Origin: Octopus sinensis
Lineage: Eukaryota
Direction of reading: 5' to 3'
Assembly: GCF_006345805.1 (NCBI RefSeq)
Contig: NC_042999.1
Location: forward strand, 66,278,001 to 66,342,000
Length of the DNA stretch: 64,000 bases
In this document: in pieces, positions 39,071 through 52,733 of the stretch
How positions within the stretch are numbered: the stretch's first letter is position 1
Layout of the letters: every line of letters starts with the position of its first letter
Notes under the pieces: model-generated
Database searches by the model: none
Told to the model about the DNA's origin: nothing
What the model saw: only the letters and a program-made list of their open reading frames with translations
Made by a program: the position numbers and the translations under genes

Positions 39071-41048
39071 TTTTAAGACACGCAATAATACCGTCTCCTC
39101 CTCTCTTACGTGTTTCCATTCTACCACAAATTCCTGTGACCGCCAGCTATACATAGTGAAAAACAAAATATTCATAAATGATGTTATTCATAATTTCTGT
39201 TGATTTTCTGTTTCCAGATGTACCAGAATATGTTTTATAAATACGCTAAAGCATTTTTCTTCGTTCCATGTTAACCATCATTAAAACTAAATAAAAAATA
39301 TATGTTTAATAGACTATTAATTTTAAAAAAAAACATTGTGCTTCAGCAACTGTTGACAGTTTTTCACTTGCAAAAAAATGGTAAATATGTCCCTTTAAAT
39401 ATAATAGTTGATCTCAAATCATTCATCATTCAACTACATTTTGCGTCCCCTATAGAGAAAAGTTATATTGCTATATGATCGTAGATGTGCGAAGGAATTA
39501 AAATATTCTCTCATTCGTTTTTTGCTGTTTGTTGTTGTTGTTTTTTTGTTAGTTTGTAACGAGTTTTACCTGTTAGATCCAATTATCTGAGAAGCAATTC
39601 AGTCTTCTCTGGTCAAAATTGGTTTCGGGATAGAAATGAGATTTTTGCGTCTTGATGTTTCTTTGCTTACATAAGTTACTTTAAATTTTTTATGTTTTTG
39701 ACATTTAGATTTATTGTGGCAAATACATTATACAGAGATGTAATATCCTGGCGAGCTGGAACTGCAGCGGATCTAAATATTTGGTTGTCGCCATTTCATT
39801 TCACTTCGAATACTAATTCCTTAGAATAGACATAAATGCCACAGTTTTACATCTTCCTTCCTCTAAAACTATAAAAGCCTGTACTTACACAACTGATTTC
39901 TTCATTTGTCAAACGAAAACGTGTTGATGTTGCAGTTGTTGTTGCAGTTGATGTATTGTTTTTGTTTTCTATTTTTATACAAGATATAATCATAGAAGAG
40001 AAAGAGTGTCACCTGTAGTCATTTCTAAAGCCTAGAAGGGAAAATGGAAAATGTTTTATTCAGACCAGTTACACGGTCTAATGTTTTCAAGAAAGTGATT
40101 TATACTAGAATCGTCTAAATGCCATATGGTGTTACATTAAGAGATGACGGATTAAATATAGCAACTGTAATTCCATATATACTGTTCGTTCGTTGATAGG
40201 TTTAAAAATCTGAAAAGCTTATTTAAACTTCTTCCGACGGCAACACTTGTTTCATGTTTTAGCGAAAACCCTTGTATTTGTATAGGATAAACCCCGAGTC
40301 CTATTCTTTTTTCTTTAATCACCTAACTAATCTGTCACGGTACATCTAATATAACAAGTAACGATGGGGGTACATTGCCATAAATGATATGCGCTGAGGG
40401 AGCCTAGCGATTGAAGTAGGCAATATTTTTATTCGTGCATGACAGAAAAAGAAGCAGTCAATCAAGACCCAATCATTCGTAAGAGGAATCGAAAGTTCCC
40501 AACAGTGAGAATGATCAGTACCAAACTTCCTTTCATGTCGTCAACATATCTTAACCCTTAATTTTACTTTATATTATTTATTCAATTGCTAATTGTTTGT
40601 TTACTTATCCTTATACTTTAAACTCATAGTTTACATTTACGAATTTATGTTTCCATCGCTCAAAATCAGTATTGCATAAAATTTCAACAACCTGAGCCCG
40701 ACTTTCACATTCAGTCACTGAACATTCTTCTAAACTTTATTTTCTTTTCGCCCTATTTATTTGTCTCTTCCTACTGACCACATATCTGCCATTCATTATT
40801 TATCATATATCAATTTTTATTTATTCTATCAGTCATGTAATTCAATACCACAATGCTCAACCTGACGTTTTTGTTTTTGAAAATAGTTCAATTTTAGAAG
40901 CCTGTTTCTTTTATAAATCTACTTTTACTATTTAACATTTTAAACTTCATTGTATATATCTACTACTTTTTTCTTTGTGGCCATTGCCCCACTAAAGCAC
41001 ATCATAAATCAACTTATTTTCTGTAGCCGAGTCGATGTATTATAATGA

Positions 41049-41414
41049 ACTAACACTATGACCCGGCAACGCGAGGTCATAGTCCTAGTGCCTGCATATA
41101 CAGCTGCGTGCGTGCGTACATACACATGAGTACTGTCCAAATCTCTGACCAATCACATACAGCTAGCTGGCATTCAATTGGCGTATCAAGTTTCGGGCAT
41201 TTTGATTGGGTTGTGGATAGAAAATTCACAAAGCAGTCATTTCTATTGACTTTTTAGTGGCTTTGTGGGGTGACTGGGGAAATGTAAAGATGTGCATGAC
41301 CACTCTTGGACAATTTTAAATGAGCATAGAAAGTGCGAGCGTTCTAACTGAAAAATCGTGGATTTGTATAAAGGACACACACACAGATATTTTGCCGTTT
41401 ATATATAGAGAGAT
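41049..41414 (+). mobile_element. Putative non-autonomous Helitron/Helentron-like element
   Basis: Begins with a 15-bp-arm hairpin (actaacactatgacc / ggtcatagtcctagt) ending in CTAGT. Ends with a short (CA)n then tttgccgtttatatatagagagat. No coding capacity. Confidence 0.5.
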
Positions 41415-41754
41415 CATTGTGACGATCCGTATTTTATCTTCCATCACAGCACACATGGATATATGCCTGGCAGTTTTTTCATAATATTTAACCGTCGACC
41501 ACAACATATTTTTTTCTCTCTCCGTTACTTCGCTCTCATATCATTTTGTTTCCTCTCATCCCATTCTGTCGAAGAATGAAGGATTGAGACGTCAAAGACT
41601 TACCCAATCTTCCTGAGCGTCAAACTCATACACCTTCTCGGTGTTCCCTCATCTACCTTCGTCTTTTATTTACTGTAAATTTCAGCTATACATATATATG
41701 TGTGTGTGGGGTGGGGTGTGGTGTGTATATGTATTTATATATATACATGCATGT

Positions 41755-42780
41755 ATATATTCGCTGATGACACTAAGCTCCAGCAAATCGTCAATGAAGA
41801 AGCAGACCGAACTCAACTCCAGTCTGACCTATATGCTGTGAGTCAATGGGCAGACAGAAACAAAATGCAACTGAATGAGGGAAAATTTGAGCTGATGCAT
41901 TTTGGAAGAAATTCCTCACTAAAACAACCATACTCTCTTCCTTCAGGGGAACCGCTCACAGCCTCTAACAATATCAGAGACCTGGGTGTAATTGTTGATG
42001 ACGATCTCAGTTGGAGTGCACACATCAACAAGAAGGTCGATACAGCTCGTAGGATGAGTTCCTGGATCTTAAGAACTTTCCGGTCCAGAGAACAAGGTGT
42101 CATCATACCACTTTTTTCATCCTTTGTACGGCCACACCTTGAATACTGCTGCCCACTGTGGTCTCCTCACACAAGACAAAACATCTCCAGAATTGAGTCA
42201 CCCCAGAGGGCTCTCACTAAACAAATTGAAGGCATGGCTGCTCTCGACTATTGGGATCGCCTTAAAGCCTTGAAACTTTACTCCCTCCAGCGTCGCCGTG
42301 AGCGGTACATCATTTGTACGATGTGGAAAATATACCGCCAACTTTGCCCAAACGACCTAAACATTAGCTTCAAGGTTCATCCGAGACTTGGACCACGGGC
42401 TATACGTCCCCTGCCAAATTCAAGATCACAACATACATGTACACTGCAACATAATTTCTTTTCCTCAACAGGCCCTGCCCTATTTAACATTGTCCTGAGG
42501 GAGATCAAAGAGGAAAAGGATCCCATCAACTTCAAACAGAGTCTGGATAGATTCCTTCAAAGAATACCAGACAAGCCACCCATAATTGGATACAACTCAC
42601 CCAACAAGAACTCACTACTTGAACAAAACTGGATACAACTCACCCAACAAGAACTCACTACTTGAACAAAACTTGACTTAAACAGGATTCGAATAATCCT
42701 ATCAGGTGGTGCTATTAAGTTAGACATGGCCTGGACCAATCTCTGGTCGAAACATATCTAAGTTTTATCTAAGTTTTATA
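41755..42780 (+). mobile_element. 5'-truncated CR1-type LINE, RT C-terminal half still open (about 300 codons), with 3' UTR
   Basis: ORF 41700..42665 reads IFADDTKL..LQSDL..V.QW...NKMQLNEGKF..RDLGVIVDDDLSW..VRPHLEYCCPLWSP..LKALKLYSLQRRRER. The first 18 codons are microsatellite read-through. The 3' end has a GACCA-atctc-TGGTC hairpin and an (atctaagtttt)2 tail. Confidence 0.93.
42587..42672 (+). repeat. Exact 43-bp tandem duplication at the end of the LINE ORF
   Basis: tggatacaactcacccaacaagaactcactacttgaacaaaac at 42587-42629 and 42630-42672. Confidence 0.97.
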
Positions 42781-42802
42781 TATAAATATATATGTATGAA
42801 TA

Positions 42803-42884
<82 letters not shown>

Positions 42885-43000
42885 TACATACAAGCATGCA
42901 TATTTATATGCGTGTGCGTTCATGTAACGTATGTATGTATGTACATATAAGATATAGATATATATGTATGTGCGTGTGTTTATATGCATATATATATACG
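42780..43000. repeat. (TA)n/(TATG)n microsatellite
   Basis: Seen directly. Confidence 0.93.
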
Positions 43001-43186
43001 TGAGTTATATGGTTTAGCACACCAAACAGAAGTATTATTTTCATATTCTCAAACTTATGTCAGATTTTAAGATATCTCTACATGTTAAGATATATAATTT
43101 AAGATTTAATGGGAAGATGCGTAATCACAGTATGAATTATTAAATAGTGTACGCTGTTATTTTTCGTGTTTGTTCTTTCTTGGATT

Positions 43187-43189
<3 letters not shown>

Positions 43190-43271
<82 letters not shown>

Positions 43272-43424
43272 TGCTAAATTGACTAAGGTTACTCCATCGC
43301 ACCAGCATTGTTAGAAATAAGTCTGCTAGAACCCTTAGTCACTTTAGTGACAATTATACTTCTACCTCTCTGTTGTATATTGGGAATAAGCCACCTTTAT
43401 TATTATTACTATATATGTATATAG

Positions 43425-43468
<44 letters not shown>

Positions 43469-43500
43469 ATGTGTGTGTGTGTATGTGTGTGTGTGTGTGT
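43190..43500. repeat. Two (TA)n-(TG)n microsatellites
   Basis: Seen directly at about 43190-43270 and 43410-43500. Confidence 0.93.
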
Positions 43501-44896
43501 GTCTATCCCCTTTGCGAAAATCTACGGCACGTTTTAGTAATGTTTAATAAGTAATAGATATATTTGAAAAGAACCATACGCGATATTTCTTTCATTGCTG
43601 ACATAGTCTATTGTTTTGAAGATATAGCTTTTAACGGACTTTTTTAGTGGTTAGTTCTTATAATTGCAGAGATTGTATGTTCTAATAGAATTGTATATTT
43701 TCAGAAACGCTCTTACGTTTGAGAGAAGCTGTTTATTTACAAGCTACTACCAATATAAAATCTTTTTCATGCTTAAAAAATGCTACATACTTTAATAGTA
43801 TGTTTATATTTTGAGATGTATTATATAATTTATTGATGTATAATATAAGAGAGATTATTTTGAGAAATGCTGTCGCCATTACGATATCCTGATATTTTCA
43901 AGTGATGCGGCATAATTTTTTAAAATCTCTCTATTTTGTGATATTGTATCGCATTTAAGAAAAGCTGCATATTTATGAGATGCGATAGACATTACGATAT
44001 TCTCTACATTTTAAGATACATAATTTAAGAGTTAATGAGAATGTATATAATCGCTGTATGAATTACCAATGTTGTACGTTGTTACACATGGCTAAACTAG
44101 AAGTTATTTTGTTCAACATCATTAACCATATGGACTAAGAGATTAAAAAACAAGAAACTTGCATAAGTTGAAACTACTTGCTAAAATGTTCAATCTTGTT
44201 CAGACATTGGATATCAGCTTAACAATATTTATTCTTCAATGTCAACATTGAATTGGGTGCCTAATATCTCCAACAAGAATCGCGAACATTAAGGCAGGTT
44301 AAGACAGCTACACATCTGTGCGTTTAAAATCAATATCGATTCTTCTTCTGATAAAATTGGCAGAGCGAACAGCTAGATATGGTGATGTGCAAAGTGATTA
44401 GTAGCTTATTTTCTTTGTTATATACCTTATTTTTTTTAATTATTGACATTATTACTGTCAATGGCAAATAAAGATTTGGTTCAGGCACCAATCTGCATAA
44501 TTAGAAGTAGGTTCAGAAAGCAAATTAAACTCTTCAAGCTGTTAAAGAAATCAAATTGACTAACAAATGGTGTTCTAGGCAACTGGCCAAACTACACTTA
44601 ACTCATTTAATTCCGAATGAAATATTCTGGGCATGTATTCTTCCACCAGTAACGTACAGATTTCATTTAACGTAAATTACATAACACTTATTTTTACATT
44701 CACAAACTGTTGAACACATATACGAACACACAAAGACACACACACACATACACACCAACACATAAACACACAATTATTATTATGGTGATAAGCGTTCTGT
44801 GTCTCTGTGATTGGGCTTGCACTTCGTGTTATATTTTGTTTAAGTACATGCTTAATTGCGTCAGAAAGTGTGTGTTTGTATATATATATAAATATA

Positions 44897-44935
<39 letters not shown>

Positions 44936-45488
44936 TTAAACAAGCTACTAAGGTCAATGTAAGTGATGTGCATACGAGAATGCGGGAGCTATTCACGCAC
45001 GGTATTGCATCAGAGAACATGTCTTTGACCCAGACTCCTAGTGAGACATATCGAGTAGACATTTGCTGTTGTCACGTGGTTATCGGTTTAATATGGTTTA
45101 CCCACAGAGTCTATAAAGGAAAATATGTTTTGTGCCATATCCCATAACGGGTACCTTTCATGCTCAAATATATATAATTATTAGTTGTTTGCTTTTATTA
45201 CAGTCTAACACAGTAATTATTGAAATGAAGTCACACCAGATATTCTGCAATAGAATTCCAGATTATTTATTTATTTATTTTGCAGCGAAGTGGTTGACAG
45301 TAATCACAAAGTTATAGTTGGTGGGCGGAATTAAGAAGAAGACTTCGATGTCACTCTCAACCTTTTCCATATAAATGTTAAAATATGTTCTCTACTAAAA
45401 AGCATTGAGGAATCCATCAGTTTCATGTCGAATTGCTTTTCTGCATAACTTTACATAAAACAAGAATACACACACACACTCAGACATA

Positions 45489-46055
45489 CACTACCATCAG
45501 AAATTAATTAGCACCCTTGATTTGCTCACCATGAAGCATGGTGGGGGTGGTCTGATGGTGTGAGGGGCGTTCAGCTACAGTGGTGTTGGGCGGCTCTATG
45601 CCGTCGAAGGCAACATCAACGCAGCAAAGTACGTTGAGATAGTACGGGATACCTCTTTGGTGGCGAGGAGTACGTGCTGGCCAGTCACCTGACCTGAACC
45701 CTATTGAGAACCTCTGGAGTCGATTGGGTAGGGATTTGAATGTGCAGCAATACAGGAACCGACACGAGCTGTTTGGGGCACTTCTTGCTGCATGAGGGGC
45801 CATCCCTGCACAGTACCTGCAGGCACTCATAGACAGCATGCCGACCCGCGTAGCAGCTGTCATTGCTGCCAAAGGAGGAGCAACAAGATATTGACTAAAT
45901 TTCACGATTAATAACAATTATGTGGTGTGCTGGGATATGTTTTAATAAATTTTTGATTAAAAACGAGTTCGTTTCTGATAATAAGTTAATTAAATTAAGA
46001 AAATGTAAGAAAATGTAGAAATTTGAGAAGTGCTAATTAATTTCCGACGCAAGTG
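45489..46055 (+). mobile_element. Non-autonomous Tc1-family element, 567 bp, 26-bp TIRs, TA TSD
   Basis: Left TIR is cactaccatcagaaattaattagcac. The right TIR reverse complement is cacttgcgtcggaaattaattagcac (22/26). TA flanks both ends. Interior reads TMKHGGGGLMV*GAFSYSGVG..NINAAKYVEI and SPDLNPIENLW..IDSMPTRVAAVIAAKGGATRY*. Confidence 0.93.
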
Positions 46056-46058
46056 TAC

Positions 46059-46059
<1 letters not shown>

Positions 46060-46128
<69 letters not shown>

Positions 46129-46141
46129 AATATATATATAC

Positions 46142-46188
<47 letters not shown>

Positions 46189-46255
46189 CATACATATATG
46201 CACACACACACACACTCACACACACCACACGCACACACACTCACACACACACACC

Positions 46256-46294
<39 letters not shown>

Positions 46295-46295
46295 A
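46060..46295. repeat. (TA)n-(CA)n-(TA)n microsatellite
   Basis: Seen directly. Confidence 0.95.
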
Positions 46296-46664
46296 GTAAA
46301 TATTGGCACGGATTTCCAGATAAACGTACAAAGAACAGACTACTCTACGCCAGGTGTAGCTTCGCGATTGTCATCATTTCTGAGTTCTTTTTCATGAGAA
46401 CACTCCTAAGAACTGCACCAATGCCTACGGCTCTATCCTAATCCAAGTATTTTTTTTTTAAAGAAAAGACTGCACACTAGTCTGGTACATATGTTGAAAT
46501 ACAATTGATTTTATAGCAGAAAGTAAATCTTCGACAGAATATAATGTATTATAATTATTTAGTTATTTGCTTTCAGAGGATGAAAAGCTTCCTGGTGTAT
46601 AAATTTCTGGGCAGAAATTTAAGGCCAGAAAAAGGCGCGATGTGACAGTAAGAAAGAAAGAAGG

Positions 46665-47500
46665 TTGTGTTTATATCGGAATGGTACTTCATTTATCGAT
46701 CCTCAAATAGTTTAAGTCTACGTTGATCTCGGCTAACTTTGAAAAAACAGAACGAAAAGAGCCAAAACAAACCTCAACGCTATTTATCCGTATTAGGATT
46801 TCGACAGTCAGCCATCTTGCAGAAGTTAATAATAATTAATATTGATTGCTAACATAGAAGCAATGCCTCCTAAGGCGAGAGAGAAGAGAGAACAGTTGAA
46901 TATATCAATCACACTATTTGGCGATAGCATGTTTTATCGACCCAGAGAGGATCAAATATATGGTCGACCGGACGTGACTAAATACTGCAAGATAATTTGT
47001 CGGTTGTTCTAGTGATACTATCAGTCGACTTTTATATAATATTAATTAGTTTTAACAATAAATTGGTAGAATCGATAAACTAACGGATAAATAGCACTGC
47101 GTTATGACATACAGTTATTTACATCTTAGTTCTAACCCTCCGAAGAGGAATTTGTTTTCATCGTCCACCGTTCGACAAATTAAGAACTTCACAGCTGACA
47201 CGTCGACGCAATATAACTCGTTCTTCCAACCCCAAACGTCTAACCTTCTGTGTAAGTATCCATCTAAATCATCGAATTTCAGAATCGTTAGCGCATCGGA
47301 CAAGATGCCTTGTGCTGTTTAGTTACTGAGGTTCCATTAGTATGCTTAAATCACTCTGATGCTGCCCATGCCTTTTATCACTGTGGGTTCGATGAAAAAT
47401 AATAAAGTACCTCATGAATGATGTCGTCAATGTAATCGGCTAAAACCTCTCCAAAGTTTGTGGACTGTGTCTCTATTAGAAATCAATATTATGCATTAAA
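46665..47500. mobile_element. Cluster of three very decayed family-A SINE remnants (two minus, one plus)
   Basis: tggtacttcatttatcgatcctcaaa (about 46682), gttttatcgacccagagagga (about 46931), and cagaatcgttagcgcatcggacaagatgc...aataaagtacc (about 47280-47415). Confidence 0.6.
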
Positions 47501-48035
47501 AGAGGAGATGAACGGAGCGTAACGACCAACGTGGAATGCCGTGTCTTTATTTTCATCGAATCTAATCTCACTTTGATAAACTGAATAAACGTTATGTAGT
47601 TCTCATTCTACCGAGTCACTTTATATGAAAATGCATTAATGGAACTATGTTTATCGCACAGCATCGGGGAGATAATTAAATAATTACTTTCACCCTGTAT
47701 TTAATATTTATAGGTAGTTACCTAAATTCGTGTTCAATAAAAAAGTATGTACTTTGATCCTGGACGTAACACTTAACTCTCACTGACTTTTATTTTAATG
47801 ATTTCAAAATATACACTAGTTTCTTGTGTCTTTGTTGCTTTTTGAGAAATATTAATATATGCGTAACATTATACAGCAGACTGTAACAACGTAGAAGCTT
47901 ATAAAAATCTATTGACTAAAGAAAGTGTTATTTCGATGATCTCATTATTGATTTTAAATAACCCCGCGTTTAAATTGCAACAAAGCCGAATATGTTGCCT
48001 CAATAAAATACGTTGCAACATACAAACAAGGATAA

Positions 48036-48410
48036 GGTGGCGCGCTGGCAGAGCCGCTGAGAAGCAAAATGCTTATCAGCTTTTCGCCCGTTCAAATGCC
48101 GCCAAGGTCAACTCTTTTTCATTAATTCGGGGTCAATAAAATAAGTATCAATTCCTCATTTGGGTCGATATAATCCTCTTACCCGTCTCCGGAATTGCCG
48201 GCCTTCTGCCAAAATTTTAAACTGATATAAAGACAAGGATAATGCAGTGAGCTGGCAGAATCGTTACCGTAGCGGGAAAATTGCATAGCGGCATTTTGTC
48301 CGTCTGCAAGTTCTGAGTTCAAATTCTGCCTACGTTGACTTTGCCTTTCATCAGCTCGTTATCGATAGAATAAGTACCAGTTTATCACTGGAGTTGAAAG
48401 AATTGGCTGC
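48036..48410 (+). mobile_element. Two adjacent family-A SINE copies
   Basis: Heads ggtggcgcgctggcaga (48036) and gtgagctggcagaatcgtta (about 48246). The first copy is flanked by acaaggataa at 48026-48035 and 48233-48242. Confidence 0.85.
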
Positions 48411-49744
48411 CAAAACCTGAAGCTATTATAAGCAGAAAGATAATCCTTTGAGAGAGAAGAAGAGGGTAAGGTAGACCGATATATGGAGAGAAACGAAAAA
48501 AGAAAGAGACAGAGAGGGAGTTATAATTATTTGAACAAACACCAGCACTTGGTTTGGTCTATAGTTTTAACGACTCGCCCCAGCAGTTGACCTCATCGAA
48601 ACTTTATTCGGGTACGTCATTTTGCTTTCTAAAATACTGTATGAAGTTAATCCTATGTTAAACCAATTCTACCAGTCACCACACTTGTAGGCTGGTATCG
48701 ATTATAAAATAAAAGCCAGAAGTATTTTTGGATCGATGAAATAAACCACACCTCTTCGCATATATTTGCCGCCTATTTTATCATAAGAAGTCAAAATTGA
48801 GCTGAAGCAACCAAGTACTCCAAGGCTTACAAAACAATGGTTTAGAACATTTCGTCAAGTTACAAAAGACGTTGTTTTTTTATTTTCTCGAGAACTTAGC
48901 AAAATAGTTTCCTCAACATGAGATTCGTTTCCTGAAGTACTTTTCCGCTATTAATTTTTTTTTTTTATAACAAGTTCTACTTTTATGTTTGTTTTGCTAA
49001 GAATGTTCGATAAACAATATTTAACAACATAATGATACGAGGAAAAAAACACATTAAGTATATACTTACGCGCACTTACATATCTATCAAAGCTTTGTGT
49101 GCAACACAGTGTTGACAAATATTTACCATTTTTAACGTTATTAAACATCAACTGTCTGCTACGCAATATAGCTGAAAGTATATAAATCTTTTTTGTTAAC
49201 AAATATTCTTCTAAGTCTATGTATTTTTCGAAAGTAGTATAACTATACATATGTGCACACTTGAATATATTTATATACACATTTACTAAAGTATATGTTT
49301 GTGTAGCAGACTAGCTGGTTCCAGACATAATGAAAATTTGATATGATCATTACAATCTCCAATGTGCTTGCAAGAGATAAACGAAAATATAGTGTATTAT
49401 ATATTTGATGTCAACAACCGCTATATATATTGTGTGACTATACAAATAGCTGTGTTTAGTTCAGAGACAGCTAAGCAGAGTCGCTGACATAGTTAGATAA
49501 CCTCGAGGTAGATGTTGCTACATATTTTCATGTATCAAATGCATATGATGTCCGTTCTTTTCGTTTGTTAAATCACCTAGATATGGATTCATAGAACCGA
49601 CTGTCTACTAATACATTGTTAACTCTCGATGATTATATAATCTACCCCTCAGGTGACCGTAGCTATGTTAACTTACGATATTTACGTAAAGTTAGTATAC
49701 GGCATATATTTACACATACACACACATATATATATATTCTTCTT

Positions 49745-49950
49745 TCTCTTTTTCTCTTTTACTTGTTTCAGTCATTTGACTGCTGCCATGGTAGAGTACC
49801 GCCTTTAGCCGAGCAAATCGACCACGGGACATTATTTGTAAGCCTAGTACTTATTCTATCGGTCTACCTTGCCGAACCGCTATTTGACGGGGACGTAAGC
49901 ACGCCAGCATCGGTTGCCAAGCGATGCTGGGGGGACAAACGTAGAGCCAC

Positions 49951-50000
<50 letters not shown>

Positions 50001-50151
50001 GAAGAGCTTCTTTCAGTTTCCGTCTACCAAATCTACTAACACGGCTTTGGTCGGTCCAAGGGGATAGGAGAAGACAGTTGCTCAAGGTGCCGCGCAGTGG
50101 GATTGAACCCAGAACCATGTGGTTGGTAAGCACACAGCCACTGCTGCGCCT
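49745..50151 (-). mobile_element. Family-B SINE, full length with internal (TA)n
   Basis: Minus strand reads aggcgcagcagtggctgtgtg...ggttcaatcccactgcgcggcaccttgagcaactgtcttct...ttggtagacggaaactgaaagaagc-(TA)n-...catggcagcagtcaaatgactgaaacaagtaaaagag. Confidence 0.93.
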
Positions 50152-50153
50152 AT

Positions 50154-50194
<41 letters not shown>

Positions 50195-50196
50195 TA

Positions 50197-50460
50197 AGGG
50201 TCACTCCGTCGGTTAACACGACGAGAGTCCAAGCTGATAAGATCAACAGCTTGCTCTTGAAATTAATGTGCAACTGCCTGAAGACTCTACAGACACGTGT
50301 ACCCATAACTTAGTTCTCAGGCAGATTCAGCGTGACACGGAGTGTGGTAAGGCTGGCCCTTTCAAATACAGGTTCTACTCATTTTTGCGACGCGGGAAAC
50401 TGAACTCCCGACCTTACGATCGTGCGCCGTATGCCTAACCACTAAGCCACGCGCCTTCAC
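50197..50460 (-). mobile_element. Family-C SINE with internal deletion of the CORE-like domain
   Basis: Aligns to 57901-58230 except for about 55 bp missing after the B-box. The head has an ACG (Arg-like) loop. Confidence 0.88.
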
Positions 50461-50660
<200 letters not shown>

Positions 50661-51289
50661 ATAAATAACGGTTATGTAATAAAAGAGGATTGCTTTGCAT
50701 CCAAACAGAACTTCCGCAAATATCTTCTACGTCAATTTCCAGTTGACCTCAGAATACTTTCTGCAGGATTTGGTATTCTGAAACCGGGAACTGCTCGGAA
50801 GTTTCCGAATAGTTCCCGACAACAGAACATTTTCCAGTAATCTAATCAGTAACGTTTAGCCTCGGACGAAACGTTATTTCAGTATACGAGCCGTATTTCG
50901 TGCCGTTGTGAACAGTGTAAATATGAAACCAATGCTTACTCCGTTTCTACTCTTTCATTTCACTCATTACAATGCATAATCCCGAGTTTAAATAATGAGA
51001 AGGGATTTACCTCATGTGTTCAGCAGCTTAATGCTTTGCCTGATCTTCAATATTTGCTCATCAACATATTTTTTACACATATATGATGTTTGCATGCTTT
51101 TCGAAGTTAACATGTTCGTAATAGCTCTATTTTCAATGTTATGCAGTCATTCCAATTCATAAACTACTTATGCTTGCATCGGTATTCATTTTCTTTGCAC
51201 ATTGAGAAACGTCTCTGCATCTACCTACTTATCTCTTTCTTTCTCCCTACTTATATACATGCATACATAGACACACACGCATATATATA

Positions 51290-51435
51290 GATATATGCAT
51301 ATACATATATTCATACCTATATGTATATATATATATATTTGTATATATAGATATGTATGCTTATATAAATATATACAAATATGTATACATATTCATATCA
51401 ATATGTATGTATATATGCATATATACATGTGTGTG

Positions 51436-51506
<71 letters not shown>

Positions 51507-51552
51507 TGTATTTTACATGGAATTGTCGATATGCAGATACACACACACACAC

Positions 51553-51612
<60 letters not shown>

Positions 51613-51640
51613 GAATGCATATCTATCTATCTATCTATCT
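51290..51640. repeat. (TA)n, (CA)n and (GATA)n microsatellites
   Basis: Seen directly. Confidence 0.93.
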
Positions 51641-52369
51641 GAGTAATTTCTTTTTATTATGGCAAAGATACTTTAAAATTTTTTCCTGAGCCAAGAATGA
51701 TCTATCTAGATGATAAAATATAGCTGTCATTGTACCATGTTTGGGAATATAACGCGAGATTAGCAACCGCCTGTGCTTTCTATATTTTCATCGTCATCAT
51801 CATCATTTTTATTATCATTGTTGTTGTGGTAATGGTTGTTGTTGTTAATACTATTATTATTACCAAAATCGATAATGTGATAAATGCACGGGTGTATTGA
51901 GAATGTAGGAATTCAGATGTGAAAAATTTGCTAGTAACGAGAAGCTATGCAGAGTGGCATAACTGGGGACTCATAAACATATTAATTGCCGTTTAATGTG
52001 TATGTCACACTATCGCATCAAAACTATGTCGAATTGTAAAATTCAGCCATTTGTACACGGTTTCAGTAAGTCAGCCAAATCAGTTTTAGCTTTAGTTATG
52101 TAACGATTCTATATGCTGTTAGTTTGGCCGACATCAGTTCTCTCAGACCAGACCTATGACTATGGTGGTAAATATCCAAACACCATACTTTTCGCAATTT
52201 CTGTTATTCGTAATCGAGGAAATTTATTTCAAATACAAATACATAGGTTATTTTCTTGAGATAGTAGAGCATGAGGTGGGTGAGGCCAACATGTATTTCT
52301 GATAAGCCTTACCACGTAGCACATACTCACTCCCCCCACATACAAACACATATAAGAATGCACTCATTT

Positions 52370-52583
<214 letters not shown>

Positions 52584-52678
52584 TAATTATATGACAGCAT
52601 CTCCGACAGCTGTTGTCGTATGTTATATTTTATAATTGATAATTTTATTAATTACGTCTCCATTTTACCATTATCCTT

Positions 52679-52733
<55 letters not shown>

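Noticed and set aside
42725-42765. GACCA/TGGTC hairpin followed by GAAAC as a possible hammerhead
   Set aside because: No CUGANGA-like core upstream and no stem III or NUH; better explained as a LINE 3' UTR stem-loop.
47115-47303. 62-aa minus-strand ORF with protein-like composition
   Set aside because: Its start overlaps the antisense of a decayed family-A SINE head; no splice signals or recognisable domain.
50835-50880. GAAACGTT preceded by ctaatca (hammerhead-like)
   Set aside because: Two core mismatches without covariation, a 3-bp stem I and a 2-bp stem II.
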